This document shows positions 1-10,634 of a stretch of 28,114 nt of DNA, piece by piece. The notes under the pieces were generated by a model. It was not told the DNA's origin and did not search any database. It worked only from the letters and a program-made list of their open reading frames with translations. The DNA comes from Asterionella formosa (lineage: Eukaryota): assembly GCA_002256025.1 (NCBI GenBank), contig NKIB01011400.1, positions 62,001 to 90,114 of the forward strand, given 5' to 3'. Within the stretch, counting starts at the first letter, position 1. Each line of letters opens with the position of its first letter. A program made the position numbers and the translations under genes.

Positions 1-472
1 GATCATTCATTTACGTTTCTTACTTCGAAGATGTAATCTGATTACATAACAATATAGATATGTTATGTCTCGATTATGATCAAACTCATATCATGTCAAT
101 ATTGATCATTCATTCTATTACCGGTATATCTTGAATACTGGTGACGTACTACTGTACTGTCCATATCATGTAAGTACCAGTATACATTATGTACCGGTGG
201 TACTACCAATGACACTTATTTATGTACTATTCCTTACCAGGGATAGGTTTTTCCAAGTCTTGAAAAGTTTATCTTTCATTCATACTTTTATGATATTGAA
301 TGTTCCTTTGAAATAGGTTATTGACATTCATAAATTTAAATGATTCATAAATTAAGTTTTGGAAATTTTTATAAATGATTGCGAAATTGATAAAAGTACC
401 CATATTTCACACAACCTGATGATGAAATGAAGATCGACAGCCTCCTATCGAACTAACCTGAAAGCGCAGGCT

Positions 473-676
473 AGAATGATGATTGATACCCTGTCACCTA
501 TCAATCAACCATGAAAGCAGATGTAAGTTAGCTATATGGTGCTCTTTACCTGGTGTTCATATTTCATTAATGATTGATATGTACTACAAAGGAATTCGAC
601 ATTAATAAAATCTCTCGTCCCTACCTGCAGATGCGAGAATGAAGATTGATACCCTGTCACCTATCAATCAACCATG
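473..676. repeat. 41-bp direct repeat (473-513 and 636-676), each copy containing a hairpin
   Basis: AGAATGA(T/A)GATTGATACCCTGTCACCTATCAATCAACCATG occurs twice with 1 mismatch. GATTGATA and TATCAATC form an 8-bp inverted repeat with a 10-nt loop. Confidence 0.85.
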
Positions 677-1998
677 GTAAAATATCAATCTATTTCAACA
701 TATTTTGAACCTTCACTTTGATTAGAATTACAAATATGTTGAGATACAAGATATACTATGATGAAAATTTTGATAACAATTATATGGTGTGCTGTGTATT
801 ATTAGCATGCTTGACATGATCTTATAATAAATTTCACTTTTAAAGCGCCTTATTGCTTGCTCCTCTATTATCAGTAGGGGAGCCTTCATGGCGCTTCCTG
901 GCGTACCAAGAAGCCTGGGTTTTGTTGAAATGAGAAAAAAACCCTAACCCGCCTGGTATCAACAACCCAACATATGTGGTGACTCGTCTAGGTACTTGTA
1001 TGCAGGGAGGTGGTGGTGGATACACTCTCTCTAGGGGAAGTCGGGGAAGTACTTACTTGGGTGTGCTGTATTTTTCACCAGCAGTCTCCTGGTTTGACAT
1101 GATCGTATAGTATATATAGTATGCATTTATCATACATATAAAGGAATACGTATCATGTGGCGAAAATTTCTTTGCCAGTTAGTTGCGTTGTAGCTACAAT
1201 ACCTGTGATCTTATAAATGTGATACTTTCAATTTGCAGATGCAGGTTAGCCGCTTAGCATGTTGCAACAACTAGTATAGTTGAAATCCAGCAGAGGGAGT
1301 ACTTTGAAGGAAACAATAGTACAAAATGACTTCAACTTGTTAGGTAGGAGTGCTACTTGCTTCTTGGCTTTCATAACTCGAGTCAAAACAGGCAATCATG
1401 GTTCTGCATTTGAAAATCGAAAATGCAGAAAACTAAACAATATTTACTTTCCCTAAAGGCCAGGAGCGAGCACTGCCTGAGCCTGCAGCTTGATAATTGC
1501 GCCACAACTTGCAAGCTTGCAAGTTGCAGATTCGATGATTGAAATAGATCTCAGGCCAAGGATATCTATCACCATTGCAAATGTCATTGTTGGCATTGCT
1601 CGTTTTGGTGTTGATTGTTGTTCCATCATGGTGACTGGTATGAATACAATTACAGGTTTAAATACATGAACAAATAGCTAGAATACACTTGAATGCTGTT
1701 TTTTTTCTGTAGACAAATATTTGGGAGTGTTGTGCCAGATGTACAAAGGTGTACAGGCATACCGGTACCGGTAGATGAGGGGATACGAGACACCCGGTTT
1801 TACCGTAGTCGCTGAGCGTGTTGCAACTATTCCGGATCTGCCAGAGGGATTATTTGATAGAGGTCATCTCGATCATTCATACAACTTCCATTACGCCGTT
1901 CCAACGTTAATTGCACGCCTAAAGACCCTCCTTGTTCAGGCAGTCCTGTGGCCAGTCCAGTCGTCTCCGTCGCCCGCATCTGTTCTCTCGCCTCGGCC

Positions 1999-3051
1999 AT
2001 GTCATCGACCATGAATGATTGCAGAAGCGAGGACAGCGGCAGAAGCAACAACGCCGTAGTGCCAGCGAGCACAGTGGACAATTCCATGCTTTCCGGGTTA
2101 CAATTGGCTGGCGCCGTGTCTGAAGTGGAAGACAATGTCTCTGAACTCGATGCTGGACTGGAAGGAGATGTCGATCCCAACCTCGCCAACTTGTCCGCTG
2201 AGCCCGTGACAGTAGAAAACGAAGACGAGTCGGAATACGAGTACGAAGACGAAGACGATAATGGCTTTTCTAGTTTCCTCGTAGCTGATCAAGCGCCTTC
2301 TGGAAACTCCGCGGCCTCGGACACTTCAGAGCCCACGCGAATAGAGGAGGAAACGGTCAAATGGAAGGAGCCTTCCAAGCAAGCGGTTTCCATGTCGCTG
2401 CGAGCTGAGCGAGAGACTACTGGCGGCAAGCGACGCCTAGCGTCAGACCTGTACAAAATCATGATGCGCGACACGGAAGAAGCTGGCTTCTCGCTGCAGC
2501 CCAAGGACGAAGAAAAGATGGATAAGTGGCTTATTAAGTTGTTTCAGTTCGACGAAGACTCCAATCTCGCGAAGGACATGGAAATCGTTGGAGTTGACCA
2601 CGTGGAATTGGAAATGTCCTTTCCGGATCAATATCCCTTCGAGCCTCCGTTTGTGCGGGTCGTCAAACCCAAATTCAAACGTCAGACCGGGTTTGTCATG
2701 AATGGGGCGCTATGTATGGAACTTCTAACTAAGGAAGGGTGGAACCCGATCAATGACATCGAATCGGTCATTGTGAGCATTAGGTCCCTACTAGTCGTGG
2801 GTGATGGCCGATTAGCTGCCGTCGCTGACTTGCCAGACGAACAGCGTGCGTCGCTTCTCAATTCCAAAAAAAGAAAGAACGACGAAGATGCATCTGAGAA
2901 AGAAAGCGGACAAGAGCATTCCGTGAAAAGTTTCAAGACGGATGTTGGAGGATATTCGGCACAGGAAGCTAAAGCTGCCTATGAGCATCTTTCGGAATAT
3001 CACAAGAAAAAAGGCTGGGACACCTCGGGGTGGTGGGCCAAGAAAGGATGA
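1999..3051 (+). CDS. UBE2Q: Ubiquitin-conjugating enzyme E2 Q-like (~350 aa), single exon
   Basis: UBC fold motifs RRLASDLYKI, FPDQYPFEPPFVRVVKP and GFVMNGALCMELLTKEGW (catalytic Cys), with an acidic N-terminal extension. The ORF track starts at GTG 1948; the first in-frame ATG is 1999 (alternative 2011). Confidence 0.9.
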   Translation: MSSTMNDCRSEDSGRSNNAVVPASTVDNSMLSGLQLAGAVSEVEDNVSELDAGLEGDVDPNLANLSAEPVTVENEDESEYEYEDEDDNGFSSFLVADQAPSGNSAASDTSEPTRIEEETVKWKEPSKQAVSMSLRAERETTGGKRRLASDLYKIMMRDTEEAGFSLQPKDEEKMDKWLIKLFQFDEDSNLAKDMEIVGVDHVELEMSFPDQYPFEPPFVRVVKPKFKRQTGFVMNGALCMELLTKEGWNPINDIESVIVSIRSLLVVGDGRLAAVADLPDEQRASLLNSKKRKNDEDASEKESGQEHSVKSFKTDVGGYSAQEAKAAYEHLSEYHKKKGWDTSGWWAKKG

Positions 3052-3565
3052 GATAATAAAGTGTTTGGAATTAATGCAGCAACTGCCGTTAGAATTGACA
3101 GTTGGACGTGTCAATTTCTAAGGAAGGAATCCTCGCGATTGCGGCGACAAACGAAATTTTGCTATGAATATAAGTACATGAATGGTGACTGATACAACAA
3201 CCACATTAGAGAATGCACGTGATGAACACATAGGAAATGAAATAAGAACGAGTCACGTTTAATTTCTAGTGTACTTGATCGATTAAGATACAAAAATTCT
3301 CATCCACAGGATAATTGTTGTGCCACGAAAGGGGATCAAATTGTACACATGAGTATGCTTTAGGATGTACGACATATTCGAGAATGACAACAATGCTCGC
3401 TCGATACAAGTTTCTACTCTATGGTACTAGTAGGTAACAATCATGTCCTCTATAAGTCATTGCAAATACTTGTTTTCATGAGGCAATATCAACCACCACT
3501 GGATACTGTGGTTTTTATCTCCACCAAGATGGTCAAGGAAGAATATTTTTCTTTACAATCCTTCC

Positions 3566-4270
3566 TCATGCCGCAGCAGCTCCCTCCGCTTCATTGCGAA
3601 GCACCAGGGCGTTGAGAAGAAATTCCTGTCGTGCACGTGCCACCGATCGTTCTGTGGGTTCCCTTAAGGAAGCAATATAAGAGGACAAATCATCAAAGTA
3701 TTTATGACTGCGTTTGTAATTGCCCTGATCACGGTAAAGGACTCCCAAATTGTTCAACGATGACATTATGATTTGTGAGGATCGAGGTGTGTGACGTATT
3801 TCCAACGAGAGATTGCATGCCATGTCGAACAGTGTCATGGAATTGTTGAGTGCCTTGGGAAGGGGATTTGAACTTTTTGAGTTGATGTAGTACGTGAGTG
3901 CCATATTGTATAGAATTGTGGCAGAAACTTCGGTGCAGTTGTTTGAGGAAACAGCATTGTCCGCAGGGAGGAAAATGGGCACGGGAAACATAAAGCAATT
4001 GTTGTCGGCGATGCGCATGCCAGAAAAACGTCGAGAAATACCGGTAACTCCATTAGCTTGATCCAATGCAACGTTCATTGATGCGTCGGTGACGGTGTCG
4101 GTTCTGGTATTGCGAATGTCGCAACTGTTAGCCATCACGCACATAACAAGACGAGCAGCTTCCTTGAGCATGTCAAGGGACTCGACGTGTTTGCCTTGTT
4201 CAAGGTAAGCGATGCCAGCATTATTGTAATACGAAGCATTGCTCATGGTCTGAGATTCATCTAAGGTCAT
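3566..4270 (-). CDS. TPR-like helical repeat protein (234 aa), family typical of diatoms
   Basis: Helical motifs NNAGIAYLEQG, SATILYNMALTYY and SLNNLGVLYRDQG, and a C-terminal AAAA. Uninterrupted ORF with ATG start. Confidence 0.8.
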   Translation of the reverse strand: MTLDESQTMSNASYYNNAGIAYLEQGKHVESLDMLKEAARLVMCVMANSCDIRNTRTDTVTDASMNVALDQANGVTGISRRFSGMRIADNNCFMFPVPIFLPADNAVSSNNCTEVSATILYNMALTYYINSKSSNPLPKALNNSMTLFDMACNLSLEIRHTPRSSQIIMSSLNNLGVLYRDQGNYKRSHKYFDDLSSYIASLREPTERSVARARQEFLLNALVLRNEAEGAAAA

Positions 4271-4898
4271 GGAAGAAAATTTGTTTTTATAAGGAGCAGA
4301 GCATTAAATTAGTCAATCAGATTCAAGGCTGATGGTATGCGTGAAGCGATTTATGTTGTCTTCAAAGAAATTGTGAATCGGAAGTACAATATCGTATGAT
4401 TCCTTGCCGTTCATCATGTCGCACATGAAAGTTGGAACGATTAAGGGACACAAGCAGAACAGAACGGAACAATCTCGTGTAGATTGAGAATGTCAATCGG
4501 CATCGAAGAGCAAGAAAATACCGGTAGTCGGAAATAATTGATTTCCATTGGCTGCATTATGCAGTATTCTCTGTGACCTAAATATATCGCAATGACTCCA
4601 TTGCTTCTTGGTGTTTGTAAGTGCATTCACGATGCCACTTTTCTCTGCCTGCTTGTGGTTCATAACAATAGAGTGATTATTGCTGACTCCTCCAAGGGCA
4701 ATAAATATTACGTCATCAATATCGCCTTTCCTGCCTGGGTCTCAGACTCTATATAGGGGCTACAAGGTAGTCTACCTCCCTCCCTGGCACCCAAGTTCCT
4801 CTGTTTTCATTTCATTTCTAACTGTTGCGATAAGGAATCCATGACGTGGATGAGAAGTATTCACAATTCCCTCGAGTCCTACCATCGGGAGAATGAAC

Positions 4899-4953
4899 GG
4901 TACCAGAACCAGGTACCAGGTACCAGGTACCAGTACCATTGGTACCTGGTACC
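4899..4953. repeat. GGTACCA heptamer array with an orientation flip forming a 14-bp perfect stem
   Basis: GGTACCAGAACCAGGTACCAGGTACCAGGTACCAGTACCATTGGTACCTGGTACC; 4919-4932 is the reverse complement of 4940-4953. Confidence 0.85.
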
Positions 4954-5922
4954 CGAACACAAGAGTTCGCATTGATGTTAAACAAGACTCCTTTCTTCCA
5001 AGTTTTACTTCGTATACACGTAATAGTAGTAGTCCCATCATCAATTACCGGTATACCGGTAGGAAGCATCGTTGCTGCTGTAATTTCTACCACATGCATC
5101 CATTTCAGAAGCCTCTAAGAACAGCGTAAATATCGTCAAAAATCATGATTATACACACTAACTAGTTCATGTTAAAATCTGTGTTATATTTTTCTTGGTG
5201 TTCTCGTCATTTTTCCGTGCGTCATTGCAACAGGCATACTAAGCGTCATTGTAATCTGTACAAGTTTGTGGTGTCACCCAACTCGATAGAAGGTGCTTCC
5301 AAGGTGCATTTTCAAATTTGCTGTTACATATAGCTTATTACTTTATTCATTGATACTCAAAAATATGGATAGCCAGTTTTACCATACTTATGTACTGGCT
5401 AACATCCCTGTAGTTGGAATACAACGGCCCTAGACTACCCAAGACTTTGTCCTTTCACCTGTTGATTGCCATTCCTTCCAATTCCTCTGTGCTCGATGGC
5501 AAATAGACAGGAAGAACCCTGCCATTATGAAATCACTAAAATAGTACATACAATCTCCTACCACTTCCACCATGTTCCAGAATATAACAACGGAACGATG
5601 TTTGCTGGTAGAGTGACACGTAACAATGGTGTTTGTTGGTACCTGGTAGTGTGCCCCATGTTGGGTTTGTGACGACTACAGTACCCTGGTACCTACTATG
5701 AGGACTCCCTTACTACTAGTAGTAAAATAAAAGGCGAGGAAGTGTGGCAAGAAATATATGCTCCCATTGATTTGTCATTTTTGTAGCTGGACAACATTTG
5801 CTAAAAACCACGTTTGGAAAAAAGCTACCTGGTACCAATAGTATACATTGTAGGAAGCAGAAACAATCCATTTGTGTTCGTAGTTCATGCTATACTACTA
5901 CCACCACTTAATGAAAAATGTC

Positions 5923-6979
5923 TCAAGACAATGCCATTCCACACCAAGCAACTCCAATAGCAATTGCCAAAATAGATGATCCAAAGGAAATTTTTTGTGG
6001 AATATCAGGTCGATTGAATAATTGTCCAGCTCGTCGTGTCCCTTCTCCAATCAAAGTTGTTGCGACAGTCATGACAGCAATCGTTCCCATGGCATATGCC
6101 AATAAAAATGATAAATTTCCACTCCAGGTGGCAACTGCCAAAGCTGGTGCCAAGGACGGTGCTCCATCCCATGAAAATCCATGCAATAGTCCATTGAACA
6201 AGACAGCTCGTTTTTGAACCGACTTTGACTTGGTGTCACTTGGATCTACAGCTGCCGCTGACAGTGATTGAGGCTGTTGGATGCCACCACCTCCTGCGAC
6301 AACTAGTTCTTCTTCCCATTCTCTTGCTTCTTTTATTCCCAAGAGTCCAATAACAATCAAGGATAGACCTACAGCAATATCTGTGACAGATGACGCATGA
6401 GTCAAAAGGACAGTGAGTGAGGACATGCTGGCGATTCTTGTTTTTAGGAAAAAGGCAGTCACACCAAGGAGAGTGGCAGAAACTCCGTGTCCCATGCCCC
6501 AGAGGGCACCAACTCTAGCGGCCTTGTACCAACGCTGACCACAACATCGTGGCAACAATGCAGCCAAGTGATCGGGGCCTAGTTATAATGAAATGAGATA
6601 TAATACAAATATGGTAATGAGTTGAATGAGTGAGTGTATTGGTTGGTACCCACAGTGCAGCGATCCATACCCTACAGACTGCCTTACCAGCAATGGCGTG
6701 CAGACTTCCAGCAAAGAGACCACCAGTGACGGCACCAGTAATAGCACCCAGAGCGACACTCATTTGCAATTGCGATTGCGATTGTGATCTTGATACAGTC
6801 GTTTGTTTCTTCGTGCTGTAGTAATAGTTGTTGTGTTGCTTCATCACCCTCGTCGTCGTCGAAAGGCTCTTGGACGATGAAAATGGACTCAAGGCAAACG
6901 CTGCGACATTTTCACAACAACAACAAGTTATCAATAATAGCAGTGACAATGATCGCAATGTCGTCGCCATCCTGGACAT
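5923..6979 (-). CDS. Plastid-targeted NiCoT/UreH-like (CGF-like) membrane metal transporter, ~315 aa; exons 6979-6688 and 6578-5923
   Basis: Splicing a GTAAGG...TAG intron (6687-6579, 109 nt) joins two ORFs into HAIAGPDHLAALLP, an HX4-5DH-type NiCoT/UreH motif. Also WGMGHG, GLLHG and several hydrophobic segments. The N-terminus is a signal peptide ending VAA|F followed by a Ser/Thr-rich transit peptide. Confidence 0.85.
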
Positions 6980-7949
6980 GCTGTTGTTGTTATTTTTATT
7001 GTTGTTGTGTTATACCAGTAGGTTGTTCCTTATATTGTTTTTTTACGACCAGTTCATAGATCAGGTCTGTGTGGTTGCAATGGACACACTCACGTATTGC
7101 TGGACTTCCCAGTGGCACTGCTGACAGTACGTATGTGATGCATTTTGTCCTTGCTGTTTCTCACCCATGCATATCTTGCTTACACGTGGTACTGGTAAAT
7201 TACTGCTGGGGGTGGGGGTGGCAGGAGGACTCTTTTCGCAATGGGTTGGCAGATGACTCTGTATCTACTATGAATATAGATACCGGTTATGTCGATAATT
7301 GAATGATGTGTGTATCGGTAATGGTAGTCTAGTATCTGGAGTAACAGGGGTCCAGGCACCAGGTACCAGTAGTGTGGTGCATTGTGGCTATCCTCCCTTG
7401 TGTCAGAGCCATCCAGCAACTTCGTTTTTACTTTAGTAGAGCCCATGGATATTGATATAATTTGTCAGTTTTGGTTAATGATAGCTATTTACATGGTCTT
7501 ATGCATTGGCTACTCAATGTACCATAGGTCAATATATCAAAACTATTCTGGATATATCAAAGTTGTTGCTCCATCATACATATTAGTGATACAACTTTAC
7601 GTGGAGAAGGCGCATTTTCAGTTCAAATCAATTGGCCTTGTATGATACCTTTTTGAAAACTTAAATGAAATGAGATTCCTCATCTGCAGGGGAGGGGCAT
7701 CCACTGGGAGAATGAAAATGATTCATCAAGCAAGGATGTGTCAAAAATAATTCCAGCAAATTGAATATAGGACACATTTGGATCACGAAAACAAGTGGAG
7801 TGGATGCAGACACTCACACACAAAATGTCCCAACAATCGACAAACGTCCTTTAGTAGTAAGTAGATGCATTCCATGAGTTCAAAATGCCATTGTGTTGAC
7901 CATTCCTAATCACCCAATTCTTCTTCAAAGATATGTTTCTTTCATTCAT

Positions 7950-9791
7950 TCACTGCACATGGAAAAACAGGCGCTGCGCTAGCTCTTGTTTCTCCACTTT
8001 CACCATGACCGGTATACAGTCATTGACCCCATACGCAATGATAACATGGTCATTTGACAATGTTTCTGTCATGCCTGATATAAATGTGATTTGTGGGCAT
8101 TGGTATACCTTGTCCTTAATCATTAACTTGTCATTGCGAATAAGATCCCTAGTATATCCTGGACTTTCAGTGATTGATCCAAAACCGAAACCAAAACAAA
8201 ACATACTAGATCTGGCCAATAACTCAAAAGGTGGTGTTGGTGCAAAGGCATAGAGCCGAGACATGTAGGCAAAGCCTTCTCCACCTCTTGGAGAAGGTAT
8301 TCGACGGAAGGACTTTATGTGAGTGATTCCCATGAGTGCATAGTCATGTGAGAGTATGGTGGCATTTTTGGTGAAATTTTGATACATGGTCTTGTCCAAA
8401 CGTATGCAGCATGCAGATCCACGATCACGGGAAAATCTGTAGGGTATCTCTCCTGTTTGGGCATCATCAAATATAGTAGAATCAATGGATGGTTCATAGA
8501 CAGTAATGTGTACAGATTCGACATAGTAGTTTGTACTATTCTTGTCGTTGGTAGTGCTGTTGGTGCTTAATGTCAAAGTTGTCACGACTCTTGGTCGAGC
8601 AGGCCATACTTCCATACACAGTTTGCCTTGTTGACAAGGAAAGAAATTATGATTTTTGGACATGAGCAGCTTGTCAGTACTGTAAATGTTAACAACTGAT
8701 GAGTATGTAACATGAATGTCAGTTCCAAATAAATTTGTAAATGAATGGTCAAATAGTAGTGGTGGTGTTTGTTCTCCCGTAGCTGCAGTTGTATTCTCAT
8801 TTAGGATGGATATGGATTGTATAGATATGGGAAGCATCATTGTATAACTTGAAATATAAATTTGTTCATGTACAACAAAGAGTCTATAATCTTGCCAATG
8901 TTGTTGTCTATTTCGTCCCATTATTTTGACCAAAACAAAATCATGGGCATTGACATCAATGACAACATTGGTAAGGATAGTTAAATGAGTATCCAAAAGT
9001 GCCAAACCAAGATAATCCACCATTGTGTCTCCAGCCGAATAGGCTCGAATACCACAACTATGATGTGACGAAACTCGAAAGGATGCCAAATACACTGCTG
9101 CAGTAGTACTATTGTTGTTGTTGTTGTCGTGGTGTTTCCTATACGTTTCCGGTAGAATCACAATGCTTGGATTGTATGTAAATAGAATATTTCGTCCTGT
9201 CCAGTTCATATTTTTAAAAAGGATGGTCTCCTCCTCGACATTGTCCTCTTGTCGTGGTGGTGGTGGTAATTGTCGATGACTAGGAATGGAGGGTAGATAA
9301 TGGGTCATGGTGGATAATATAGCAGGTGCTGCCATATCAAAGCCAATAGTAGTTGTAGAAGTACTATTAGACGTTGTAGTACTATTACTTGTAAAAGTAC
9401 TAGTAGCAGTACTATTACTATTACTTGTAGAAGTATTAGTAGTGGTACTTGTACTAGTACTATTACTATTACTTGTAGAAGTACTATTAGTAGTACTAGT
9501 ACCGGTAGCAGCATGGGTTAAAATCTCATTCAATAACAACGTATCTGGTTGTTGTTGTTCGGCCATGATTTGCAGTGCCGTTTCTTGAGGAAGAAAGGAG
9601 ACAAGATTTGGAATAGTTCGAAGAATCAATACGGCCGAAGCCGCAACCAGCATCAGGATCCTAAACGTGCTGATGCGAGAGAGCGTTGATTTCATGATCA
9701 TTGTGATTGTGGCGGTGGTGAGTGTTTGGGAATGAATCTCATTTTCTCTTCCTGAAGGGTAACACAATGACGATAAATTTGTTCCACTCAT
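7950..9791 (-). CDS. Type II membrane protein with Ser/Thr stalk and GH130/GT91-like five-bladed beta-propeller domain (~613 aa)
   Basis: Long intact ORF with one N-terminal hydrophobic anchor (ILMLVAASAVLIL). Motifs in order: YNPSI, QDYRLF, KNHNFF, RGS, MGITH, PPFELLARS, FISGM, AYGVNDC. Start ATG uncertain (9791 or 9701). The family assignment is an inference. Confidence 0.75.
   Translation of the reverse strand: MSGTNLSSLCYPSGRENEIHSQTLTTATITMIMKSTLSRISTFRILMLVAASAVLILRTIPNLVSFLPQETALQIMAEQQQPDTLLLNEILTHAATGTSTTNSTSTSNSNSTSTSTTTNTSTSNSNSTATSTFTSNSTTTSNSTSTTTIGFDMAAPAILSTMTHYLPSIPSHRQLPPPPRQEDNVEEETILFKNMNWTGRNILFTYNPSIVILPETYRKHHDNNNNNSTTAAVYLASFRVSSHHSCGIRAYSAGDTMVDYLGLALLDTHLTILTNVVIDVNAHDFVLVKIMGRNRQQHWQDYRLFVVHEQIYISSYTMMLPISIQSISILNENTTAATGEQTPPLLFDHSFTNLFGTDIHVTYSSVVNIYSTDKLLMSKNHNFFPCQQGKLCMEVWPARPRVVTTLTLSTNSTTNDKNSTNYYVESVHITVYEPSIDSTIFDDAQTGEIPYRFSRDRGSACCIRLDKTMYQNFTKNATILSHDYALMGITHIKSFRRIPSPRGGEGFAYMSRLYAFAPTPPFELLARSSMFCFGFGFGSITESPGYTRDLIRNDKLMIKDKVYQCPQITFISGMTETLSNDHVIIAYGVNDCIPVMVKVEKQELAQRLFFHVQ
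9351..9505 (-). repeat. Coding low-complexity tandem repeat encoding a Thr/Ser/Asn stalk
   Basis: The 28-mer AGTACTATTACTATTACTTGTAGAAGTA occurs at 9408-9435 and 9456-9483 (period 48), plus degenerate units. It encodes TSTSNSNST repeats. Confidence 0.85.
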
Positions 9792-10017
9792 CAAGAGAGA
9801 TTGTACGTTGTGTAATTATCATCTAAACGGTACTAATTTAGCAATATAATCCTACATGAATATGTATGATCAAAATGTATATATATTTACATTCTATTAT
9901 ACTCACATAAGAGGGGCTAACATATTCATATTCGAATATTTATCAGCATAACCTATGCATATTCATATATCCATCTATGAATATATACTACTCGTCAGTA
10001 CAGACCAATACTATTTG

Positions 10018-10634
10018 TTACCCACGATGCTTCTCACAACAATCTGCAAATGGTTGCGATTCCCCCACCTTGGTATTGCACCGAGTACAGTAATGATCCG
10101 TTTGTTTGCAAACATCACATACCAATGGTACCCAACATAATGGCCAAAACAACAAGAGCATTACCAAACATGCAATCCATGTAAAGATACTGGGAAAGGT
10201 TCGAATTCGTGTCCTGGCATTCATGACTTTGCAATTGGGACATGATGCCAAAAGGACTGGATGTCGATAAAAGGGGGGAGTGTAGATATCATGTGTATTC
10301 GTGCGAGCCGCTGGTGCTGGAATGTGTGTGACAGTTGTGCTGGTTGTAGTATATGCGAGTTGTGGCTTGTTGGTCACAACTTCTGCATCAATTGGAATGG
10401 CCACAGGCAACAGCCCTTCCTCCATCATGCGAGATGGAGGTGCACTGGGATGGACATGTTCGGCACCAGGGTACTGAGCAGCCGGTGTTACTGTGCCGTC
10501 CATATATATATATGTGTGTGTCAACAATGTGACGAGAGATAGTGAGTGACATTGACGTCTCATTGACATGTAATGTTGGACTGACACAAGAACTCAATGA
10601 ACTCACCACTCGTTTTGTTTCCAAAGAATCCCAT
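10018..10634 (-). CDS. LITAF: LITAF-domain (zf-LITAF-like) protein, ~166 aa; exons 10634-10607 and 10490-10018
   Basis: CPNC, a hydrophobic segment (WIACLVMLLLFWPLCWVPL) and HYCTRC give the LITAF signature. A GTGAGT...CAG intron (10606-10491, 116 nt) joins ATG-started MGFFGNKTS in frame to VTPAAQYPG. Confidence 0.85.

Noticed and set aside
473..676. CRISPR-like palindromic direct repeat
   Set aside because: Only two copies with a 122-bp gap, no cas genes, and eukaryotic context.
938..949. Telomere-like AACCCTAACCC
   Set aside because: Fewer than two full units; expected by chance.
840..1025. 61-aa minus-strand ORF
   Set aside because: Non-ATG start, no recognisable motif, lies in a repeat-like region.
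4706..4760. TTACGTCA (CRE-like) and TATATA motifs upstream of the TPR gene
   Set aside because: Short motifs ~450 bp from the ATG with no TSS evidence.
4772..5129. Overlapping short ORFs containing YQVPGT/GTWY peptides
   Set aside because: Translations of the GGTACCA micro-repeat, not genes.
9307..9588. Very hydrophobic V/L ORF on the plus strand
   Set aside because: Antisense shadow of the Thr/Ser/Asn repeat in the minus-strand gene.
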